Positions 8,490 to 16,609 of a stretch of 64,000 nucleotides of DNA are shown piece after piece. Position 1 is the stretch's first letter; each line of letters begins with the position of its first letter. The stretch is from Acidimicrobiales bacterium (lineage in GTDB: Bacteria > Actinomycetota > Acidimicrobiia > Acidimicrobiales > SZUA-35): positions 6,938-70,937 of the forward strand of contig CBDHHN010000002.1 of NCBI GenBank assembly GCA_965263455.1. The letters run 5' to 3'. Position numbers and translations under genes: made by a program. The notes under the pieces were generated by a model, which saw only the letters and a program-made list of their open reading frames with translations, made no database searches and was not told where the DNA came from.

Positions 8490-9074
8490 ATGACTTCGGT
8501 CCCCTCCCCGAGCCCCCCGAGGTCGGCGCCGGCCCGGCGTCGGCGCCGACTGCTCGTCATCGTGGCCGCGGCCCTGGGCCTGGCCGCCGCAGCCTGCGGC
8601 GACTCCTCGACGGCTCAGGACGAAGCCGGGGGCGTCGTCGCCGACGATGCCACCGTGCTCGATGCCGCCGTCTTCGACGGCACCGCCACCACCGTCGGCG
8701 GGGAGACGTACGATCTGGGCCAACTGGCCGACGCCGACCTGGTGCTGTGGTTCTGGGCCCCGTGGTGAACGTCGTGCAAAGCGGAGGGCCCTGCGGTCGC
8801 AGCGGTCGAGGCAACCTACGGTGACGAGGTCACCTTTGTCGGCATCGGGGGCGAAGCCCCGGGCCAGGAGTTCACCCCCTTCATCGAGCAGACGGGCACC
8901 GGGGCGTTCACCCACCTCGACGACTCGGCCGGTGACCTGTGGTCCCGGTTCGGGACCGGCGGTCGCTCCACCTTCTTGTTCGTCAACGACGACGGCACAT
9001 CGGTGCTGACCACCTATGGCGTGGTCGACGAGACCCGCCTGAAGGCCGAGGTCGAGCGGCTCATCGCCTCCTAG
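8490..9074 (+). CDS. TlpA/ResA-like thioredoxin-fold lipoprotein with an in-frame TGA (8766-8768) at the first Cys of CxxC; either a candidate selenoprotein (UxxC) or a very recent pseudogene
   Basis: The signal peptide and lipobox read RRRRRLLVIVAAALGLAAAAC. Around the TGA the sequence is ...LVLWFWAPW-TGA-TSCKAEGPAVAAVEATYGDEVTFVGIGG...GGRSTFLFVNDDGT...LIAS. The same frame stays open to TAG 9072-9074 with coding-like GC3. The track lists only 8490-8768. Confidence 0.7.
8787..8807 (+). promoter_or_regulatory. SECIS-like hairpin downstream of the in-frame TGA
   Basis: GGCCCUGC-GGUC-GCAG(C)GGUC forms an 8-bp stem with one bulged C and a GGUC apical loop. The stem starts 18 nt after the TGA and the loop starts 26 nt after it. 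Confidence 0.5.
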
Positions 9075-11407
9075 CCGCGGTCGGGGTCCGGCGACGGCGC
9101 CGGACCCGCCTCCGATCCCTCGGCCACGAAGGTCGGGGGATCGAAGGCCGTCACCGGGGGCGGCTCGCCCTCCAATCGTTCGACCTCGACCAGGCAGGTG
9201 TGGGCCGTCGGGCCCTGGGCCAGGCTCGAGGTTCCCTTGTCCCGGGTGAGGACGTTCGGGTTGCCGTGTTTGCACGTCCCGTCGTCGTCGGGGTCGTACC
9301 AGGCGCCGGTGGCCAACTGGACCACGCCGGGCGCCACCGCCGGGCTCAGCACCGCCCCGGCCAGACACGCCCCCCGCTCGTTGAACACCCGCACGACGTC
9401 GCCGTCGTCGATGCCGCGCCGGGCGGCGTCGAGCGGGTTGAGCCGGATCGGCTCCCGGCCTGCCACCTTGGCCGATCGGCTGTGATCGCTGTGGTCGTAC
9501 TGGGAGTGGAGGCGGGTGGTCGGCTGGTTCGAGACCAGGTGCAAGGGCCAACGATCGGCCCCCGCGCCGCCCAGGCGCTCGTAGGGCTCGTACCACCGGG
9601 GATGGCCGACGCAGTCGTCGTAGCCGTAGCCGTCGATCACTTCCGAGAACAGCTCGATCCTGCCCGACGGCGTGCCCAGCGGCCGGCCGTCGGGGTCGGA
9701 CCGGAACGACCCCAGGAACACCTGGTCGGTCTCGCCCATGGCCGGCATGGGGTGGACCACATGGCCGGTGGCCCGGAACTCCTCGTAGGGCGGCGCCGCC
9801 GGGTTCTCATCCCGAAAGCGATCGTAGAGGTGCCGGACCCACTGGTCGGCCGAGCGGCCCTCGGTGAACTCGGGCCCGAAGCCGAGCCGGTGGGCCAGGT
9901 CGGCGTAGACGGCGTAGTCGTCACGGGCCTCGCCCCTGGGGGCGACGGCCCGCTCCATGGCCAACAGGACGGTCTCGGCTCCGCCGAGGTCGTTGCGCTC
10001 GAGGGGTGTGGTCACCGGGAGGACGATGTCGGCCCGCTTGGCCATCGGGGTCCAGAACGGCTCGTGGACCACGATGGTGTCCGGCCGCCGCCAGGCCCGA
10101 TCGAGGCGGTTGAGGTCCTGGTGATGGTGGAAGACGTTGCCTCCGGCCCAGTACACGAGCCGGATGTCCGGGTACAGGTCATGGGTCCCGTCGAAGTCGT
10201 ACCCTCGTCCCGGCCCCTCCAGCATGTCGACGACCCGGGAGGTGGAGATCACGGGCGGCTCGGGGGGCCGGGCCGGAACCGGAAACCCCGGGACTCGTTT
10301 GCGCACCTGTCCCGCCCCGGCATTGCCGTTGGCGCCCAGCGGGAAGGCCAACCCACCGCCGGGGAGACCGACCTGACCCAGCACGCAGGCCAGGGCGAGG
10401 GCCATCCAGTACGGCTGCTCCCCGTGGTCGGCCCGCTGGACCGACAGGCTCAGGTTGATCAGGGTCCGGCCCGACGCCATCCGGTCGGCGAGGGCCTCGA
10501 TGGCCGCCACCTCGATGCCGCAGATCCCGGCCGCCCAGGAGGCCGACTTCGGTTGACCGTCGTCGGCGCCGGAGAGATAGGCCCACAGCCGATCCCAGCC
10601 GACGGTGTAGCGATCGAGGAAGCCGCGGTCGGCCCGGCCGCCGGTGACCAGCGTGTGGATCAGGCCGGCCATGAGGGCGGTGTCGGTCCCGGGGCGGGCC
10701 GGGAGCCAGGTGGTGTCCAGGTCGGACGGCTGGTCGTCGGCCAGAGGGCTGACGTTGACGAAGTGGATGCCTCGTTCCCGGGCCCGGTCGAGCCAGTACC
10801 GGTACCGATGGGGACCCTGGCCCCCGAAGGTGACCTGGGCGTTGTTGAGCCGGATGCTGCCGAAGCCCACGATGGTGTCGGTGTGGGCCACGATCTGCGA
10901 CCACGACGTCTGGGCCCCGACCGCTCGGCCGTAGCCCATGCCGAGGACGTGGGGCACGAGGGCCTCGGCCGCCGACCCGGAGTAGGTGCCGCGACCGTCG
11001 GTGTAGCCGCCGTAGAGGCGGAGGAACCGGTAGGTCTGATTCGACGGCAGGTGGAAACGGCCTGACGAGCCCCAGCCGTAGCTGGCGCCGTAGACGGCCT
11101 GATGGCCGTGCTCGTCCCGGACCCGGGCCAGTTCGGCCGCCACCAGGTCGAGGGCCCGGTCCCAGGAGACCTCGACGAAGGGTTCGCGGCCCCGGCCGTC
11201 GGTGGCCGCCCCCGGCCCGTCCTCCAACCACGAAAGGCGGACGGCGGGTCGGGCCACCCGGCACCGGTCCATGGCCGTCAGCCCCTGCCCCAGGGGCGAC
11301 GGGTCGGTGTCGAGCGGATGGGGGTGGACGGCGGTCACCCGCTCGCCGTCGGACTCGACCAGGAAGGGGCCCCAGTGGGTGGCGGTGGGGGTCAGCGTCA
11401 TGGCCAA
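9071..11407 (-). CDS. Molybdopterin (bis-MGD) oxidoreductase, BisC/TorZ-like S-/N-oxide reductase, cytoplasmic
   Basis: 778 aa. The N-terminus TATHWGPFLVESDGERVTAVHPHP resembles biotin sulfoxide reductase. There is no Tat signal and no N-terminal Fe-S Cys motif. Confidence 0.88.
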   Translation of the reverse strand: MAMTLTPTATHWGPFLVESDGERVTAVHPHPLDTDPSPLGQGLTAMDRCRVARPAVRLSWLEDGPGAATDGRGREPFVEVSWDRALDLVAAELARVRDEHGHQAVYGASYGWGSSGRFHLPSNQTYRFLRLYGGYTDGRGTYSGSAAEALVPHVLGMGYGRAVGAQTSWSQIVAHTDTIVGFGSIRLNNAQVTFGGQGPHRYRYWLDRARERGIHFVNVSPLADDQPSDLDTTWLPARPGTDTALMAGLIHTLVTGGRADRGFLDRYTVGWDRLWAYLSGADDGQPKSASWAAGICGIEVAAIEALADRMASGRTLINLSLSVQRADHGEQPYWMALALACVLGQVGLPGGGLAFPLGANGNAGAGQVRKRVPGFPVPARPPEPPVISTSRVVDMLEGPGRGYDFDGTHDLYPDIRLVYWAGGNVFHHHQDLNRLDRAWRRPDTIVVHEPFWTPMAKRADIVLPVTTPLERNDLGGAETVLLAMERAVAPRGEARDDYAVYADLAHRLGFGPEFTEGRSADQWVRHLYDRFRDENPAAPPYEEFRATGHVVHPMPAMGETDQVFLGSFRSDPDGRPLGTPSGRIELFSEVIDGYGYDDCVGHPRWYEPYERLGGAGADRWPLHLVSNQPTTRLHSQYDHSDHSRSAKVAGREPIRLNPLDAARRGIDDGDVVRVFNERGACLAGAVLSPAVAPGVVQLATGAWYDPDDDGTCKHGNPNVLTRDKGTSSLAQGPTAHTCLVEVERLEGEPPPVTAFDPPTFVAEGSEAGPAPSPDPDRG

Positions 11408-11474
11408 ACCGTAGCCAGGGTCGGCCCGAGCCCGACGACCTCGGCCGAACGGGTTGGCCGAACGGCGGCTCGGC

Positions 11475-12227
11475 TCAGGCGTGGATGCCGCCGTCGACGG
11501 TGAAGGTCTGGCCGGTGCAGTAGTCCGATTCGTCGGAGGCCAGGAACAGCACCATGTTGGCGATGTCGATCGAGTGCCCGACCCGACGGAGCGGGATGCG
11601 ACGCTCGATCCGGGCCCGAACCTGGGGATCGGCCACGGTCGGGAGGTCGGCCGTCATGGGCGTCTCGATCAGGCCCGGGTGGACCGAGTTGACCCGGATC
11701 CCGAACCGCCCCAGTTCCTTGGCCGCGGCGCTGGTCATCCCCGTCACCGCCCACTTGGTGGACGAGTACGCCACCCGGTTGGCCACCCCCTCGAGTCCGG
11801 CCACCGAGCTGATGTTGATGATCGAGCCCGGCTGCTGGGCTCCGATGAGGGCCCGGGCCACCGTCCGCATCCCGAGGAAGACCCCTCGTTGGTTGACGGC
11901 GTAGACCCGCTCGAACACCTCCAGCTCGGTGTCGACCAGGCGGCTCTCGTGGTCGATGCCGGCGTTGTTGACGAGCACGTCGAGCCGCCCGTGATCGGCC
12001 AGGACGGCGCCGACGACGGTCTCCCATTCCTCCTCCGACCGCACGTCGAGCCGGGTGTAGGTCGCCCCGTCGATGGCCGCGGCCGCGGCCCGGCCCTCGT
12101 CGTCGAGCACGTCGGCCAGCACCACGGTGGCGCCGTGGGAGGCGAACAACTCCCCCTCGACCGCCCCCTGGCCCCGGGCCCCTCCCGTGATCAGTGCCAC
12201 CTTCCCGGCCAGTCGTCCGTCGGTCAT
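11475..12227 (-). CDS. SDR-family oxidoreductase (3-alpha/20-beta-hydroxysteroid dehydrogenase-like)
   Basis: GKVALITGGARGQG (TGxxxGxG), NNAG, and a Y-x3-K region YSSTKWAV. Confidence 0.92.
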   Translation of the reverse strand: MTDGRLAGKVALITGGARGQGAVEGELFASHGATVVLADVLDDEGRAAAAAIDGATYTRLDVRSEEEWETVVGAVLADHGRLDVLVNNAGIDHESRLVDTELEVFERVYAVNQRGVFLGMRTVARALIGAQQPGSIINISSVAGLEGVANRVAYSSTKWAVTGMTSAAAKELGRFGIRVNSVHPGLIETPMTADLPTVADPQVRARIERRIPLRRVGHSIDIANMVLFLASDESDYCTGQTFTVDGGIHA

Positions 12228-12342
12228 CGTCTTCCCCCTGCTGTGGTGCCGGGCCGCCGCGTCCGTCTCGTAACGGTCGGGCCGGCGCCGTCGTCTCGCT
12301 GGGGGGACGCTACCGCCGGGCGGCCGATCGGGGCCAGCGCCC

Positions 12343-13353
12343 TCACCCCTGGCGGTGACGGAGGATGGGCTCCAGGCGGCGCAGCCGGTGGACCTCGGCC
12401 TCGTGGGCCAGGTCCTGCAGGAGGGCGGGCCCGGCCCCTTCCTCCACCCCGGCGTAGGCCAGTCCGATCTGACGCTCGGCGAACCCCTTGTAGTCGGACC
12501 TGATCTGGCGGCCGCGCTCGACCAGGCGCCAACGCTGCTGGGCCGGACGCCGACCCCCGTTGCCCTCGACCCACCCCAGGCGCCCCATACGCTCCAGCGA
12601 CGTCGCCGTCAGCCCGGGCCGAGGGGCAGGGGTGACGAGGGCGCTCATCGTGGCCAGGCTCAGCCCGTCGTCGATACCCCGGCTGGCGGCGAACGACAGG
12701 GCGTCGAGCAGGCGCCGGTCGAGGGGTTCGACCCCGAGCTTGGCCGCCCGGGCGAAGAACAGGTCGTTCAGGTGGAAGTGGGCGGCGCGGAGGGCGGCCC
12801 ACCCCGAGCGGGGTCGGATCTCGACCGGAGTCGGGGGCACGAGGGAGTCGATCAACGGGCCCAGCTCGTTGTCCATGAGGCGCATCACGGCCTCACCGTG
12901 GGCGAGGAGGGCCTGACGTTGCTCGGCGTCGGCCCCGCTGTAGGTCTCCCGCAGCACGATCTCGGCCAGGCGCTGGTAGTCGGCCCGCACGATCCGGCCC
13001 CGGCGACCGAGCCGGAACCGCTTCCCCCGACGGCCCTGCCGTCGCTCACCCCGTTGCTCGAACCATCCCCGGTCGGCCTCGGCCAGGCGCACCAGGGCCG
13101 ACAGCGCGGTCTGGGGCTTGGGTGACGGGGGGATGAGGGCGCAGATGGTTGCCACCGGCAGGCCATCGCCCACCCCCCGCCGCTCGGCGAAGGCCAGGGC
13201 GTCCAGGAGGCGCCGGTCGAGCATGGTGACGCCCATCCGGTCGAGGCCGTCCATGATCAGGTCGTTGACGAAGAAGTGGACCCGGCGGAAGGCACCCCAG
13301 CGGTCGGGATCGAGCTGGTCGGGCGGGCGGAGCGAGGGGTCGGTCGCCGTCAT
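12343..13353 (-). CDS. Hypothetical protein made of two tandem MarR-like winged-helix modules
   Basis: There is an internal duplication of about 150 aa: RRVHFFVNDL...LDRRLLDALAFAERRG..GLPVATI versus LRAAHFHLNDL...LDRRLLDALSFAASRG..GLSLATM. ATG 13353-13351 overlaps the upstream TGA (TGATG). Confidence 0.65.
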   Translation of the reverse strand: MTATDPSLRPPDQLDPDRWGAFRRVHFFVNDLIMDGLDRMGVTMLDRRLLDALAFAERRGVGDGLPVATICALIPPSPKPQTALSALVRLAEADRGWFEQRGERRQGRRGKRFRLGRRGRIVRADYQRLAEIVLRETYSGADAEQRQALLAHGEAVMRLMDNELGPLIDSLVPPTPVEIRPRSGWAALRAAHFHLNDLFFARAAKLGVEPLDRRLLDALSFAASRGIDDGLSLATMSALVTPAPRPGLTATSLERMGRLGWVEGNGGRRPAQQRWRLVERGRQIRSDYKGFAERQIGLAYAGVEEGAGPALLQDLAHEAEVHRLRRLEPILRHRQG

Positions 13354-14147
13354 CACCGGATCCCCCCGCTCCCGGCCCCGTTCCCGGCCGGGGCCGAGCC
13401 GCAGTAGTCCTGCCACAGGACCGGCGGCGGTGGCTCATAGCCGAGATGATGCTGGCCGAAGCACACGATGAACGAGCGGTACTCGACCACGAACCGGGAG
13501 AAGGCGGGGGCCGTCCACCGGAGTTCCCAGGGCACGATGCCGGCCTCGCGCAGCACCGTTCCCAGTTCGCCGTTGACATTGCGGACCACGCCGTCGCCCA
13601 CGTTCAGCAACCGGGTCAGATCGGCCCACCCGCACCAGTCACGCCGCACGGCGGCCACGTACAGCAGCCGGGCGAACCGCTCCCGGGAGACCATGATCTC
13701 ACCCAGGTCGGCGTCGAGGACGAGGCCCGGCGGGAGCGGGTCGAGACAGGTCACGTCGGGCGGCTTCTCCACCGCCACCTCGACGGCGTCGAGCAGATCG
13801 CTGGGGGTTCGGACGCCCACGTCGAGCCGGTGGAACAGGACCTTGGGGTGGCAGTTCCCCTGCGTCACGTGGCGCAGCATCATGGCGTTGGCCGGCCCCG
13901 CCCGCAGGCCCGGGGCGAGCAGGACGTGGTCGGGCAGCAGCGCACCGAGGGCGCACACCCCGAGCACACCGCTGTCGGTCCGCTCGACGGCGGGATGGAC
14001 CACGACGTCCGGAGGGGTGGCGACGGAGATGTCGTCGGGTTGCGAGGGGCGCCCGGGGCGATGGCCCCGAACCTCGTGTTCGGTCCCGAGGGCGGAGGCG
14101 GCGAAGGCCATGCCCGCTCCGAGGTAGTCGATTCGTAGGGTGGTCAT
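13353..14147 (-). CDS. Hypothetical protein, no recognisable family
   Basis: 264 aa with balanced composition (W, C, F, Y and H all present) and high GC3. The competing plus-strand ORFs 13446-14138 and 13468-14127 are R/P/G/S-rich. Confidence 0.6.
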   Translation of the reverse strand: MTTLRIDYLGAGMAFAASALGTEHEVRGHRPGRPSQPDDISVATPPDVVVHPAVERTDSGVLGVCALGALLPDHVLLAPGLRAGPANAMMLRHVTQGNCHPKVLFHRLDVGVRTPSDLLDAVEVAVEKPPDVTCLDPLPPGLVLDADLGEIMVSRERFARLLYVAAVRRDWCGWADLTRLLNVGDGVVRNVNGELGTVLREAGIVPWELRWTAPAFSRFVVEYRSFIVCFGQHHLGYEPPPPVLWQDYCGSAPAGNGAGSGGIR

Positions 14148-14462
14148 GGGCCGACCTCCGTTCCCGACGCCCCGCTCCCCGCTCTACGACGGGAGGTCCT
14201 CCGGTCGTACCCGGTGTCCCCGACCGTCGTCCGGGGTCACCAAGGCGGGCCGTCCGAGACGCTCACAACTGTCATCTGTCAATGATCTCTACGCCGCACG
14301 AGAGCGGTTACGGCTGTGTCTTGTCGGTGACCCGGCGCCGTGCGACAACGGTGACATGGGTGGACGGCCGACGATGAGGCAAGGACCGCAAGCGTTTGCA
14401 GGCCGTGCCGGGCTCGGCGACGGACCGGGCCGCCACCAGGTCGGAACGGACCGGGTGGGGCC

Positions 14463-15122
14463 GTGCTGAGCCTGATCCGGTTCCTGGCCTTCGGCTGGAT
14501 CTTCGCCTTCGTCCTGGCTGCAGCCTGGCTCGGGGTCCTGGTCCCGGTCGACCCTCCCGGACCCACCGCACCGGTCACCGCACCGGCTCCAACGGAACCG
14601 GAGTCGGGGATGGGCGGGACGCCGGCGGGGCCCGGCCCGGACTCGGTGCCGACCTTGGCCCCGAGGCTCGACGGTGCCCAACCGTGCCCTCGGATCGAGC
14701 CCCCGCTGGTGCTCTTCGGGCCCAACGCCACCTTCGTCGGTCCGGAGGCCCAGGACGAGATCGCTGCCTTCGTCCTGCGCCTCCGGTCGGCCGATTGCGT
14801 GGCCGACACCGTCGGGACCTTCTGCTCGCCTCACGACATCGAGGTGTCGGTTGCCGGCCACACCGACGACAGCCCGTCGGCCCGTCCCGGAGGCAACCCC
14901 CGACTCTCGTTCGACCGGGCCCTGGGCGTGGCCCTGCTGCTGGACGAAACCGGACTGACGGTCCGCTCGGTCGAGGGCTACGGGGCGGCCCGCCCCCTGC
15001 CGACCCCGCCCGCTCCCGCCGGGGGGACGGCGACCGGGCCCGACGGCGCCCAGGGCGGGCCCGGACCGGTGGCCCGGCGGGCCGAACTCAGCCTGTGGTG
15101 CCCTCGGCTCCTGTCGGGCTGA
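14463..15122 (+). CDS. OmpA/MotB C-terminal-domain-like membrane-anchored protein
   Basis: N-terminal TM helix LIRFLAFGWIFAFVLAAAWLGVLV. The C-terminal half VSVAGHTDDSPS...NPRLSFDRALGVALLL...GYGAARP resembles the OmpA-like peptidoglycan-binding fold. GTG start. Confidence 0.65.
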   Translation: MLSLIRFLAFGWIFAFVLAAAWLGVLVPVDPPGPTAPVTAPAPTEPESGMGGTPAGPGPDSVPTLAPRLDGAQPCPRIEPPLVLFGPNATFVGPEAQDEIAAFVLRLRSADCVADTVGTFCSPHDIEVSVAGHTDDSPSARPGGNPRLSFDRALGVALLLDETGLTVRSVEGYGAARPLPTPPAPAGGTATGPDGAQGGPGPVARRAELSLWCPRLLSG

Positions 15123-16488
15123 GGCCGGCCACGGCCAGGGCCTTGGCCCTGGCCCGGTCCAGGTCGTAGTGGCGGCGGGTGACGATCCGCTGGGCGTACA
15201 ACCCTCCCCCGGCCTGGAGGTTGGTGACGAACTTCCAGCCCCCGTAGGCGTCGGCGGTGAGATCCCGGATGGCGTGCATCAGCCGGGCCCGGTACTCGCC
15301 GTCGACGTCGTTGCCGGTCGACATGTACTTGCGGGCCAGGTCGCCGACCTCCGGGTTCTCGAAGTCGGCCGGGACCGGGGCCGTCAACACCGCCCCGCCG
15401 GCGATGTCGTGCAGGTGGCGGACCATGAGGTTGTAGTTGGCGGCGGCGTGGAACTTGCCGGCGTTGACGTACAGCTCGTCGGGGAAGGCGGCCCCGTCCT
15501 CACTCACGGAGCAGTTGCCGACGGCCGCCTCGAGGGTGGAGCGAATCAGGGTGGCGTGGATGATCATCTCCGAGATCTTCTCCTTCACGTGGGAGATCCC
15601 GGCGGTGCCGTTGGCCTCGGCCACCAGTTGGGCCAGGCCCACGAGCTCGTCGGCCTCCTCGACGAAGGCCGACAGCCCACCGAGGCGTTCCCACAACCCC
15701 AGGCTGTGGGCGAACACCGCGGCGTAGGCCGTCTCACCGTCGAGGAAGACCCGCTCGTGGGGCACGAAGACGTCGTCGAAGATGACGAACCCCTCGGGAT
15801 AGTGGTGGGCGCCCGAGACCGGGAAGGCGCGGGCATCGTCGTGCCGGGGGGCGTAGGTGGTGTTGATGATCTTGACCCCGGGGGCGTTGACGGGGACGAT
15901 GCAGGCGATCGACCAGTCCTCCTCCCCCGGCTTCATGGCCTTGGTCGGGATGGTGAGCAGATCGTGGCCGAACGAGGCGCCGGTGATGTGGAGCTTGGCC
16001 CCCCGGATCACCACGCCGTCGCGTTGGCGGTCGACGACGCGGACGTAGGCGTCGAGGTCGTCCTGGCGGGCCGGCGGTCGGCTCCGGTCGCCCTTGGCGT
16101 CGGTGATGCACTGGGTGATGCGCACGTCGCCCGACTGGGCCTCGCCGATGTACTGGTCCATCCGTTCCCGGTACTCGGGTTTCAAGTCGCCCATCCGGCC
16201 CGATGCCGTCTTCAGGGTCTGGATCGAGGTCGAGGTGACGTGGGCCATCATCCCGGCCTCGTGGAGCAGGGGGATCAGGCGTCGGAGCTCCTCGGAAGAC
16301 CCGGGCACGGCCAGAAGTGGGCTGGTGGCCCCGGGCGCGGGGTCGTAGTGGTGGTCGTAGGCGGCGGCGGTCGTGGCCACCGTCTGGCCCAGGAGCGGGT
16401 GTCCGACGAGATCGTCGATCCGCTCCCCTTCGAAGTAGGTCTGGCGGCCGTCGTCGAGCGAGGCCTTGTACTGCTCGCCGGTCAGCAT
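15088..16488 (-). CDS. HpaB-family flavoprotein (4-hydroxyphenylacetate 3-hydroxylase / AbfD-like fold)
   Basis: MLTGEQYKASLDDGRQTYFEGERI, DAKGDRSRPP...DGVVIRGAKLHITG and ISHVKEKISEM. It lacks the Cys ligands of 4-hydroxybutyryl-CoA dehydratase. Confidence 0.85.
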   Translation of the reverse strand: MLTGEQYKASLDDGRQTYFEGERIDDLVGHPLLGQTVATTAAAYDHHYDPAPGATSPLLAVPGSSEELRRLIPLLHEAGMMAHVTSTSIQTLKTASGRMGDLKPEYRERMDQYIGEAQSGDVRITQCITDAKGDRSRPPARQDDLDAYVRVVDRQRDGVVIRGAKLHITGASFGHDLLTIPTKAMKPGEEDWSIACIVPVNAPGVKIINTTYAPRHDDARAFPVSGAHHYPEGFVIFDDVFVPHERVFLDGETAYAAVFAHSLGLWERLGGLSAFVEEADELVGLAQLVAEANGTAGISHVKEKISEMIIHATLIRSTLEAAVGNCSVSEDGAAFPDELYVNAGKFHAAANYNLMVRHLHDIAGGAVLTAPVPADFENPEVGDLARKYMSTGNDVDGEYRARLMHAIRDLTADAYGGWKFVTNLQAGGGLYAQRIVTRRHYDLDRARAKALAVAGLSPTGAEGTTG

Positions 16489-16609
16489 GGTTCCCCCTGG
16501 TGGCGTGATGGTCGGCCGGTCCCGGCCGACAGGCCCACGCTGCCATGGCCGCCTCGCCGTCGCCAGTTGCGGGGCCGACGGTAGGCCCGGGCGGTCGGGG
16601 TCGTGCGTC

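Noticed and set aside
8309-8824. 171-aa plus-strand ORF (and ORF 8647-9009) overlapping the redoxin gene
   Set aside because: Both are Arg-rich shadow frames. The 8490 frame carries the lipoprotein signal and the thioredoxin-fold motifs on both sides of the TGA.
15088-16488. 4-hydroxybutyryl-CoA dehydratase (AbfD) assignment
   Set aside because: Several blocks align with AbfD, but the Cys residues that ligate its [4Fe-4S] cluster are absent. I therefore call it only an HpaB-family flavoprotein.
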